The translations under genes and the position numbers were made by a program. Below, one piece after another: positions 13,626-25,600 of a stretch of DNA of 64,000 bases; the stretch's first letter is position 1; every line of letters starts with the position of its first letter. This DNA is from Antedon mediterranea (lineage: Eukaryota; Animalia; Echinodermata), in assembly GCF_964355755.1 (NCBI RefSeq), contig NC_092674.1:22134001-22198000 (forward strand). The letters are read 5' to 3'. The notes under the pieces were generated by a model that worked only from the letters and a program-made list of their open reading frames with translations, was not told the origin of the DNA and searched no databases.

Positions 13626-16600
13626 CGACAGACAGACCGACAGACAGACCGACAGACAGACCGACAGACAGACAGACAGACAGACAGACCGACATAGTGA
13701 ACTATAGAGTCGCTTCCACGCGACTAAAAAGATCTGTATTAACATTTTCTCCTTTATATAAATAATCATTAAGAGAATGGCCTTGAAATCTTGCCTTCCC
13801 ATCATATACCACTCTCACAGGTGTTGTTTTAGATTCTTTGGTTACGGAAAAGTGTGGTAAAAACCACATCTTCCTTCCAGCCTCTCTATCTCTTTGTAGC
13901 TCTGCTTCTGTCACTCGACGAGAGACACCTCTTTTCAGTTGATCTCTCATTTGTTCGCAATACACTTCCCATTCTATGCTTCTATTCTCAAATTGCTTTT
14001 CTAGGCTCTTTAGTCTCTTCACAGCATACCCATAGTTATCTGGAAGGTCATTTGGCAGTTGTTTCACACTCTGATCAATTGTTTCCGTTGCCTTGCGGTT
14101 TGTAAGATGTTCAGAGCATTTGCACTTCTTTGGTTCTAAACCCATTGTCTCAATGCCAAGAAAATCTTCCATTGGTCTAACTGCAGACACATTAACATAG
14201 TTGAAGAGTGCTGATGTGGTGAGTTGTCCTCCTTGGATAAACCATCCAAAAGGACATTTCACGGCTACAGGTTCATTGATACATTCACCTCGGAGGTACT
14301 CTTCCCAAATCATTAAGTGTGTGTTATCGACACCAAGCAGTACATCAATAGTTGGGTATGGAGCAACTTGTAAATCAATTTCATTTAGATGACTGTATTG
14401 TTTAAGCTGTTCTTTGTATACTATAGGAGCATCTCCGCAGGGTTCGTCTATTTCTGTGACGGTGAGTGGACAAGACCATGTACCATTTACGTCTTCAATG
14501 TAGCAATTCAGCAATCGTAGTTTCTTAGTAATTTTCTTACCACCAACCAGACTCAGATCGTGTTTTTAGTCGCGTGGAAGCGACTCTATTGTTCACTATG
14601 TCGGTCGGTCGGTTTCGTTTATTTATTTTTTCCACTCACTTATATATATATATATATATATATCATTTACATTTACATAACATAACATATATTAATTGTG
14701 GGTGGATGGAAGTCACAGTAAGTTCACTGAACTTTAAGTCGTGACTCCCGTATGCCTAAGTATACTAACATTGCTACAGAGTAGACTAAAATATGAATAT
14801 ATAATAGTGAAAGTACATAAAATAAAGAAATAAAAAAAAATTTAAATTATAGGAGTTAAGATAAACCAGGCAATTATATAATATATGATAAAAGGGATAA
14901 TGATAACAATTAGAGTACAATATGAAATATAATTAAATATGGTATAATAACAAGTATAACGATACAATGTAGCGGAGATTATTGAATACCAGGGTGAAGG
15001 ATTTAATGCCATGTATCACCACCAAATAAATAAGGATAAAAGATCGGCGAAAATTTATGTAGCATATTCTGACACCATTTTGTGTTTGAAATTAGATTTA
15101 AAACTAGAAAAGGAAGATTTCTGTTTAAGTTCATTTGAGAGTGAAGTCCAAAGTTTGGGACCAAAATAATACATAGAAAATCGTCGAGCCTTAACATTTA
15201 AATTATCAAGGATATAATTGTTAACAGAGGATCGGGTTTTATAGGAATGGCGTTCGTCAATTCTTGTAAATAAAGCATTAAAATGTGAAGGCAGTAAATT
15301 GTTAGATAAACGGTACATAAATGAGGCAACTTGTAATTTATTTAAATCATAAATGTTTAAAACGTTAAATCTTTTAAAAAGTAATTTTGTATGGGCTCTA
15401 AATGATTCTCCCGCGCAAATCCGAAGTGCACGTTTTTGTAGTTTAAAAAGGCGGTCAATTTGAGTTTTCTCTAGACTTGTCCAGGGGCATAACGTATTAA
15501 ATTTATCTAGAGTAATTGCCCAACATAAATTGGCATAAGAAAGGTAAGGCAAAACTAAAGTATTATAAAGGGTTAATAAGGTTTTTTGAGGGAAGATATG
15601 TTTTAATTTGTTCAATATTCCAACATTTCTAGAAACTAGATTACTGATTTTATTTATATGTAGTTTCCAAGTCAGAGAGGCATCTATGGTTACTCCTAAA
15701 AATTGGGTTTCATTAACTCGTTTGATCATTTTATTATCAATGTATATTTGTTCATTTAAAGAATTTGAAATTTTACGTTTAGAAAATATTATATAGTTCG
15801 TTTTGAATGTATTAAGAGTTAATTTATTGTGTTTGAGCCAATTTGAAACTTTAAGTAACTCATCATTGACAATTTTAAACAAGGTATTTAATTTAGGATG
15901 AGAGAAAAAAATATTTGTGTCGTCAGCAAATAAGATAAAATTTAGTAATTTAGAGCTGTTTGGTATATCGTTAACAAAAATCAGGAATAAGAGTGGTCCA
16001 AGAATCGATCCTTGGGGAACACCACAGGTTAAACGGGAATAGGAAGAGTTAAAATTATTTAAGGAAGTAAACTGAACACGATTGGAAAGGTAGCTTTTAA
16101 TTAGTTTTAAAGGAAGGCCTCTGATACCGTAATTTGAAAGTTTATGAATTAAAATATCGTGGTTAATAGTATCGAAGGCCTTAGATAAATCAAGGAAAAT
16201 GCCAACAGAAAACTCATTTTTACTCAGGGCAATTGTAATTTTGTCAAAAATATCTAATAAAGCAAGATCTGTTGAATACTTTTTCCTGAAACCATATTGG
16301 CCTTTAAATAAAATGTTATGTTTAGTTAAAAAGGAAGAAATTCGATTATGCATTATTTTTTCAATTAATTTTGAGAAACAAGGAAGTAGGGAGATTGGTC
16401 TGTAGTTATTGAAATGATGAGGATCTTCTTTCTTGTAGATAGGAATGACTTTAGCTATTTTAAAAGAATCAGGAAAAATACCGGTTTGAAAAGAAGTATT
16501 AAAAATGTGAGTTAAGGGTTTGCATATAAAATTAGAAACACGTTTAATAATTTTATTGGAAAACCCATCAAACCCAGGAGATTTATTATCTTTGAGGGAA

Positions 16601-19600
16601 AGTATTATACTGACAACTTCATGTTCGGTTACAGGACTAAGAAAGAGAGAGTGCACACATGGACGAGGTAGGGTAGAAGTATAATTATCATTATCCGACA
16701 CATGTATTTTGTTAACTAAATTTGGCCCTATACTAGTAAAATAATTATTGAATTCAGTTGCAATTTGTTGAGGATTATTTAATTCAATGTCATTGTTAAT
16801 AAAGTGAGAAGGAAACGGTTTACGAGATTTCTTGCCAAGGACTCCATTTATTGTTTGCCAGGTTTTTTGGATGTTATTTTTATGGAATTCAAATTTGTCA
16901 CTGAAGTAATTCTTTTGGGCAGTACGAAGGATTTTGGTAAGTACATTTCGATATTTAACATATTTATCTTTGTCCTTTTGCTTTTTAGATATAAGAAATG
17001 TTTTATATAATTTGTGTTTTTTGTCGATAGATTTAATTAAGCATTTAGTTATCCAAGGTTTTTTTTCTTTCCGAATATTGCGTCTGGAACGAGTGGTTTT
17101 AATGTTGTTATTATATAATGTACTAAATATGTCGTTGAATAAAGCGTATGCCTCATTGGGTTCATTGGAGTTATAAATACTAGTCCAGTCAACATTTGAC
17201 AAATCATTACTTAAGGCAGAAATTGAAATATCATTGACTTTTTTTATGTATATATATTTTGATTTAGGTTTCAGGTGTTGGAGAGGTTCTGATTTATGTA
17301 CTAACAAGAAAACAGGAAAGTGATCCAAGATGTCCGAATATAGAATTCCGGAAGAAATGTTATCATATAGATTATTACAAAAAATATTGTCGATTAAAGT
17401 TGCAGAATTACGCGTAATTCTAGTTGGCCTAGTAATAAGAGGATACTAATTTGATTGAAATAAAGTATTAACAAAATCAGAAGTACCTTTATGTGTTTTG
17501 GAATTTAACAAGTTAATATTAAAGTCTCCTGAAATATATGCTGTTTTTTTCTCATTTATTAATGGTGTCAATTAAATTAGAGATATCTTTATTAAATGTG
17601 TTAATGGATAATTCAGGCAAACGATATACTACTCCAAGGATTATGTTTTTGGGTTGTGCATCGATTTCAATGAAAAGAGATTCCGAACCATTAGTAATGA
17701 TAAATGATAAATCAGGGCGAAGAATATATTTAAATCTCTGGTGTAGGTAAATGGCAACGCCTCCTCCTGGTCTATCAGCTCGTGAAACATGCAAGAGGTT
17801 ATAATTGGGAATATTATAAAAGGAAAAAGGCGTATTATGATTAAAAAAAGTTTCGGTGAAGCATAGTGCTGAGAATTCATGGTTAATAGCACCTACGCAT
17901 ACATTGATATCGTTAAAATGTTTAACAAGACTGCGTGCGTTTAAGTGAAAGATACTAAATGAATAATCTTGTGTTGAATATTTGTTGTTAAGACTATCGA
18001 TATATTCATAGGCACAAGATTCAATATTTTCGGAAAATATTTGGGCATCGTTGTCATTAATAACATCTTTAAAATTAATATCAAAAGGGTTAAAAATTAA
18101 AGAATTAAATCTATCAAAGTCAATTCTATCGTCACAAAAGTAATAGTGAATGACATGCAAGAATTCATCATTATCAATAATGTGATTAAATGGGAATGCA
18201 TCTATATTGTCAAAAGGGTCCATGAGAATATCTAACGATACATAATGTGATCAGTTTATTCAATAGTATGTAATAAAAGATGCCTGGTAATGTTACGTAA
18301 AAACAGAAAAGTACAAGAACGTAAATATAAAAAAACAAGTTAAGAATTGGGGGGTAACAATAAAACAAAGGTGAATAAATGGTTTTAAGTGGTTTAAACA
18401 TCTTATGACAATGCAATTATGTGAGAACAGACTCCTGAAAACGCTATTGTAAAATTATTATGTAAAATCAATCAAGAGGCTTATACAAATTAAGCAAAGT
18501 ATGCAGATGTAAGGAAAATAATGGATAAAAGATTCTTAGTCTGTTGTAAAATTTAATAATGGATTGAATTTGTAAAGAAGAAATGCTTCTTAGACAGTCC
18601 AAGTGTTTACAACAACATTCCGATCACTAGTATGGCAATGGAATTTCGAAAAGTTTACCGGAACTATTTCAATGGAATTTCGAAAAGTTTACCGGAATGC
18701 CAGTTGAATTTCGCCATTTTCCAGCCGTAAAACGAAGCTTGGTACCTTTATTGTACATCTCTTTTACTTGTGATCTCCATTTCTTTTTTTCCAGTAGATC
18801 GGCAGCAGTAAGATCATCTATGATATAAAATTTCTGGCTATCTAGCGCAGAACTTCGTTGTTTCATAACTTCAATCTTAGAAGCGTATGAGAGAAAACGA
18901 GCAATGATATGCCTTGGCTTGCCGTTCATACTTTTACCATCTCGGTGGGCCCGTTCGATTGTTGGCCTGGGATCGAGTTTGAAAAAATCGGAAAAAATGT
19001 TCTCAAAGATTAACTTACAGTTTTCTTTTGTGTTCTCTTCCACACCAACAATTCTTACGTTATTACGACGAGAAAAGCGTTCCGTCTTGTTAATTTTTGC
19101 CAACAGGTCAGTTGTACTACCTTGTAAATTAGCAACTGTTGTTGTCAGCTCTTTGACAGTCGTTTTTAATTCCTTGTTTTCATCTTCAAGGGCATCTATT
19201 CTAGCAGAATTAAACGATATTGCTTCGTAAAGCTCAGCTTTATTAGATTCTTGGCCTTTTAAAATCGATTCAAGTTTTTTTTTAACAAACGATTCAAACG
19301 ATAGCTGGTCTTCGCTTTCGAATACAGCGGACATGGCTTGTCGTGATTGGCCTAGAGAAAATTAATATGCTAAGTAGTGCGTTTCAGGAGCTCGTTGTGT
19401 AAGCGTCTTACTCCGATCGAATCATGGTGTCAACGTAACGTCGGTCTGTCTGTCGGTCTGTCTGTCTGTCGGTCCGGTATCACTATGCGTTTTATCGCTT
19501 TCTGACCTTATCTTGATATCTGTTTAATCTAGCTAGGTCAATTTTTCACAGTATATTCCTTATGGCCAGGAATCAATGTGGTTATGTTTTCACGGTGCGC

Positions 19601-22600
19601 AATAAAAAATTACGCGGTCTACGCACGATTTAACGAAATCACGTTTGTAATCATATCTTCACAACCATGAATCACAATTAAATAAAATTTGGTACTCATA
19701 AATTTCAGGGCATAAATCATCATAAAGGCAATACAATTACGTGCGTAGCGCATGTAACGCATGCGTACGCGCACTTAAAATTTTCAAAATTTATTTTCGA
19801 TGAAATAAGAGTACATTTCAGGCAATTTTAAGCGTTTACAAAATTGCCATGAGTGCGCATATTTTTGCGCGCTCACTGCGCGTTAAATGTTATTACGCAC
19901 TCTTTTTGCCCGATTTCTGTTTTCTTGACTTACTTTTCAACTCGAAATTACGTTATACGAGCACGTCGAAAGTGACAGGCTACGCACGTGTAAATTAAAA
20001 AAATATAAATGTTTTTAAACATTTCAACATTTTTAAACATGTTCAGTAATTTCGGTCAGTATAGTTCACTATGTCGGTCGGTCTGTCTGTCTGTCGGTCT
20101 GTCTGTCGGTCTGTCTGTCGGTCTATCGGTCTGTATGTCGGTCCGGTATCACTATGCATTGTAGCACGCGACTTAATGGCTGTTGGCCTTGTTGATAAAC
20201 ATCTTGATTAGTAAGTGGAATGAGTCCCGATCTCAGAAGTGTCGCTTGGCTTCCACCATCCAATAAGATACGCACTAGACGGTGGGTTTTGCCACATCTC
20301 AGGTACCCCATAACAGTAGGTAAAGTCACTTGTAATTTACTTTCTCCATTGTGGGTGACCATGCCTGCCTGCTTAACAACTGTGGTTGGATCCGCTGGTT
20401 GAAATGGTTGAGCATTGCAATTAAGATTGGGTTGATCCTTTCTTTCATACAAGACAGGACAAACAGCCGGAAAGTGAAGGTTACTTCCACAAGATGGAGT
20501 TCCACAAGGTGCGGCAAATTGACAGGAATTCTTATCATATGGAGGTTTACCAGCAGAGCAATTGTTGTGACCACATCTAAAACAGATTCTGTTCTTTTTC
20601 ATCACTTCATATTTCTCCTTTTGAGACAAACTTCGAAACTTGTTACAACTCTTTAAGAAATGAGTATTCGCAGTTGGATGCAGTGCACACTTGGGATTTC
20701 TATTGTAGTCTGACTTGTATCCTTCTGCAGATGACACTACAGCAGCATTTGAAGCCTTCTTTGACGATGAAGATGTTTCAGTTTCAGTCATGGGCATAGC
20801 TTTCTCAAGTAACAATAATTGGCTGTACAGCCATTTAACCAAGCCAGTGAGAGAATGACCTGTGTCGTTGTCCCTAACGCTTTTATAGTAAGCTATTCTG
20901 TGTTCTTCTGGTAACCTCTGTTTTATTTGGCTCAGCATGATTTTGCTGTTCAATTCTCCAGATAAACCAATGGTTTCCGCTCTGGTTTCAAACGTTTGAA
21001 GGGTTTGGACAAAACGACTCATGGCTGGAATGTTGATCTTGTCCTTACTTTCATAGGACTTTAAATTCTCTAGATCCTTCAACAGACTATCAACCACTCT
21101 GTCTTTGTCTCCGTAGCGTTCATCTAACACTTCCCAAGCTCTAGCCACATCGATACATCCTTTAACCATGTTTCTTTCTTTGCTGTTAATCATAGATTCA
21201 GTTAGCTGGTAGAAACATTCAATCTCAGTTAGATTAGTTGCACAATGTGTAAATAATTCTTTAAATCTTTTGTAATCCCGGATGTTGCCATTAAATGTAG
21301 GATACTTCATCTTTGCCATGGTAGGCGTTGACCTTGCCATAGCAGGTCGAGGTGTAGGTGAACTGAATGCAGACGGCGAGGCAACCGTACCAGCAGGCTG
21401 CGTTGAGGCTGATGTTTGAAGAGGAGTTGTTGGAGTTGAGAATGGTACATCGACTGTAGATTGTGAGTGGCGCAGGGTAATCTCCCGTTTTGCACATACC
21501 AACTTTTGAAGGAAATCCATCTCACATTCTGACATCCATTTCTCTTCCGTTTCAAATTCTCCCTGGTCTTCAATTACATCAATCAGTTCAGAGTGTTTTA
21601 ACTCAACTTTTCTGAACTGTTCCTCCGCCTTGATAATGTAAGTTTTTAAAACATCTGGTTCGCAATTTTCGTTAAGTAGTGATTCTATCATGGACAGAGT
21701 CCTTGTTAACTGACCTTTGCTGTTCCGTCTGGTAAGCTTCAGTTTGTTTAAGTCTGCCATTGTAATTATTTCACTAGTTGTTGAAGCTGTTGTGGAATCG
21801 GTGAGAAATAATGAGGTGAATACGTTGTTGCAATATGTTGTCTTTATTAGATTTATTATTATTCAACAACTGTGTTGGGTTGTCTATAAGAACAAACAAA
21901 ATACACTAAGTAGATAGTTCTGTAGTCAACAAATACTTCGAAACATAATGATAATAAAGAATAGTACGACTACCCCCTCTATAGTAATAGAAAGATGTAG
22001 ACACTCGTACGCCGACTCGACTTAACGAAGTGATAACGTCAAGCGAGGCCTAGATATATGAACTTTAACAACAATAAAATATCTAATTTTTAAAGGTGTA
22101 CACAACTCAAAGACTGCCCCTGCAGACTCCTGGCTAAACATATTAATAAACGATTCTAATTAAACTCACCCAAAGGGTTCCAAATAACAAATAAAGATGA
22201 TTACACAGCATGAATATCTCACACGATACCAAATTGTATATGATTTCGTTCAGCCTGCGTATTGTACGCGCACTGGCACGCAACTCACAAATTGAAAACA
22301 AATGACGTCATGACACTCCTGATGAGTGAGTTGCACGACTCACGAAAAAAGCCTGTAGAGACCAAACTGTAGTGTGTGTGTGTGTGGGTGTGTGTGTGTG
22401 TGTATATATACACTCGGTCCGAGTTCGAGTCTTGGTTTGATTTGTTTATATATATAAAAGTATCTCTTCGGAGATCCCGCCTCGTGAATAGAAATACTGT
22501 AAGATGAGGGCGTATCAATTCGATCTCTGGTGCGCATGCGTACAACTAAGGACTAGTGCTGTTCCGCCGTACCACGCCGAGAATTTTAAAGAGTCGCTAT

Positions 22601-25600
22601 CCAATCGAGTTCGAACAATACCATGAAAGTGGTCTAATGGTTAGGATATCTGCATATCAAGCAGGCGGTCCGAGTTCGAGTCTCGGTGGGGGCGACTTTT
22701 TCTCATTTAACAGATTTCCTCATCTTTATCGTTTCAAATTAATTAATTAAATTTCAGTATATTACCGGGCGGTTTATATATATATATATATATATATAAC
22801 GCCCTAATTATACAATCCGTTCACACGTACATGCATATGCGTAGTACATCAACAAATCCAGAGCCATAAAGAGTTGCGACTTTGAATGGATTGAATCAAT
22901 TTGTTTAATGGTTTTTGTTAAAACAATAATAACATTATTTTTTGATGATTTTAAACTAAAAAAATAGCTTTAATCCATTTAATTTAACGGCTCTGGCTGG
23001 CTGTACGCGTTTATTTTGTACAGCGATTCTCTATAGTAGGCCTAATGCATTGTTTTTACATTTTGTTGTTTAAAATCATCTTCGCAGTAACTTTAAGATT
23101 GCGTTATCTTAACAAAAACCTTTAAACAAATTGATTGTTTTGATATTTAAAACCTTGTGAATGTTATACATTTTTTAAGCACATGACTCGACTCCATACA
23201 CAACATAGGCATAGTTGGACACAAAGTTGGCCAGTAATGTACCACGTGACTTTCTAAAATCTGTGAATGCGCCGAGAGGTTTGTTGATGTACTACGCATG
23301 CGCATGTACGTGTGAACAGATTGTATATTTAGTACGGCGTTATAACGCCCTAATTACGGCGTTATAACGCCCTAATACGGCGTTATAACGCCCTAATTAG
23401 GGCGTTATAACGCCGTATTATTATAAAATAATTTTTTCTTTAACGGAAATCAGCCAAAGTAGAAAACAAAGAAGGTAGCTTGGTAGAGATATAAACAATT
23501 TTGGAATGGAACTAAAAAAAGCTAAAATGGTGGTTAATATTGAAACTTAAATGTTGGTAGTCAATGGAATAATTTTGCCGATCTGGGAGTATGTTCCTAA
23601 TGTTAATATAAATATATATATATATATATACCATGAAAGCCCCAGTGGTCTAATGGATAGAGCAGCTGCATATCAAGCAGAAGGTCTGGTTTCGATTCTC
23701 GGTAGATATATATATAGTAGTTGAGAAATCTGATTGTTTTATACACACTAATATAGATAATATAAAAAAACATATTATCTAATCTAACAGTCCACCAATT
23801 TATTCCGCCATTACTGAAGAAATGTATAACACTTGTAAGCCTAAAGCACAATATAAAGGGAAAAACAGATTTGTGTGTATGTTACATATAAACGAGGTAG
23901 CCTTTTTAAATTTAAATTAACTGCTACATAACATTTTACCCACTAAGTGTACTGATAAAACTATGAACAATTTGCGATAGTAATTTATGTGAAAATATTA
24001 ATGAGGTTGAAAATAAACAACATAATTATTTTTTGTATATGTAAAGAAGTAAAGCAATGCTTTGTAAGATGTTACGCAATGTTGGAGACATGTTGTACTT
24101 TAACCCAAGAAGTAACATGGATAAAATTGTTCTTGGGAAAACAGTCAAAATAGAAATATATTTTCCGCTTTAACTGCTTGTATGGCAAAGACTTGCTCTT
24201 TAAAAAAAAGTGCCCGCAATGCCGGGTAATGTTTATTTGTGAATTGGAAATTCTCCTCAAATGTGAGTTTTTAATCAATAAAGACAAACAAAAAAACAAT
24301 CGTTTTCCCTTGCTGGGCCGGTCGCGACATTTTTATTTCCGAAATAAAAAAAATTAAATTGAATTTTTCCTCAACGTCTCAAGCAGAAATGTTCCGGGTT
24401 TATTGACTTTTTCTCGTTCATACAGATGTCCTCATTTTAACGTTTCAAATTAATTAATTAAATTCCAGTATATCACCGTGCTTATATTAAAGCAGACATT
24501 ATAAAAAAAACTCTATTGAATGTAACAAATTAGAAATTTAGTGATCATCATAGAATTCTTTTACATTTTTAACAATTTGTGTTATATACAACATAGGCCT
24601 ATAAATATATATTTTTTCTAACAATTATTTGAGATATATTATAAGTTTGTACTACCAGTGCAGGGCGACAAAGGTCAATAAATATATATTGGGTCATTTT
24701 CTACGAAAGGCCTTATTAGACTGAATAGAAACATACATATTTCGATTAATTTGAGTCATATTTTAAATTTGTACTCATGTTTGAACTGTTTTTACGGAGG
24801 TATGTGATATGTCAAAGGTCAAAAATGCCAAAAATCAATCATAATTTCCTAAAATGAACGCTAGGGAACTGTCATGTTTTGTTCTTATTCAACATAATTT
24901 TTATTAGGCATGTTCATCATGGTATTTTCTTCAAAGAAATACAAATACAAATTTTAATAAGTCATGCGAAATTATAGTGTACGTTATATAGGCATATGGT
25001 GCTTCTATATATAAATTTACGTAAGGGCAAAATTCGGTAAATCGCGCCTTACTTCTAGAATTTTTACTCGATGGTATATAAAGTTGGTTCGTACTTTCGG
25101 TACTGATTTTAACCACCTGATGTAACCCTGTTTACTAATTAAATTAAGTTAGATAATTAGTTATTGACGATTAAAACGAATTTAGGTTCAACGATTTGCC
25201 CCAAATAGGAGTGTTTTCCGATCGTGGTATACACTGTCTAATGGATGTCCATCTTGAAAAATACCCGCCACAAAAATGCGAGGAGGCTTCGCATTTTCCT
25301 ATCTCCTCCTACGATAATTGTTTTTAATAGCTGAAAACCGGTTGAACAGCTAGAGTACAGCATCATAATGTTGAAGACAGGCCGATTTTCTTTAAAAAAT
25401 ACTATTTTGATAGATTTAATATAAGATTATACAAATGTATTGATTTGCGATGAATGGAACATCCCAATCTCTCAGTCTGCCAGAGTTTGGTTTAACACAA
25501 GGTAAATTTATGAGCCCTTGGTTTAACACATACGGTAGGTAAATATATGGGCCCTTTGAGAATAAACTTCTTGCAATACTTTGACAATACTGTAAATACA

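Larger units (their letters stand above)
14614..19439 (-). mobile_element. Full-length CR1/L2-group (Crack-like) LINE
   Basis: ORF1 plus APE-RT ORF2, 3' UTR ending AAATAAATAAAC; sits in the Helentron microsatellite with a possible GTCGGT duplication. Clade call is by motif memory only. Confidence 0.85.
14563..20193 (+). mobile_element. DINE-1-like Helentron copy 2 (longer, opposite orientation), split by a LINE
   Basis: Same termini as copy 1; 19440-19800 is the reverse complement of 13270-13620; an extra ~260 bp at 19800-20060 is absent from copy 1. Confidence 0.75.
9678..22315 (-). mobile_element. BEL/Pao LTR retrotransposon, full length, with nested insertions
   Basis: TG...CA LTRs at 9678-10201 and 21788-22315, 5-bp TSD CTCCT (9673-9677 and 22316-22320), PPT at ~10202-10212, gag-PR-RT-RH-IN order. 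Confidence 0.95.

Noticed and set aside
13200-13805. ORFs with DRQT and SVCL repeats; likewise 60113-60399
   Set aside because: Translations of microsatellite or minisatellite DNA.
13171-20196. Single 7-kb TIR transposon
   Set aside because: No TSD; BEL coding sequence lies between the arms and rejoins at each site, so these are two independent inverted Helentrons.
22628-22695. Functional tRNA gene (also 8156-8230, 23639-23703)
   Set aside because: Acceptor or anticodon stems are broken or truncated, and the segments lie inside a repeat family.
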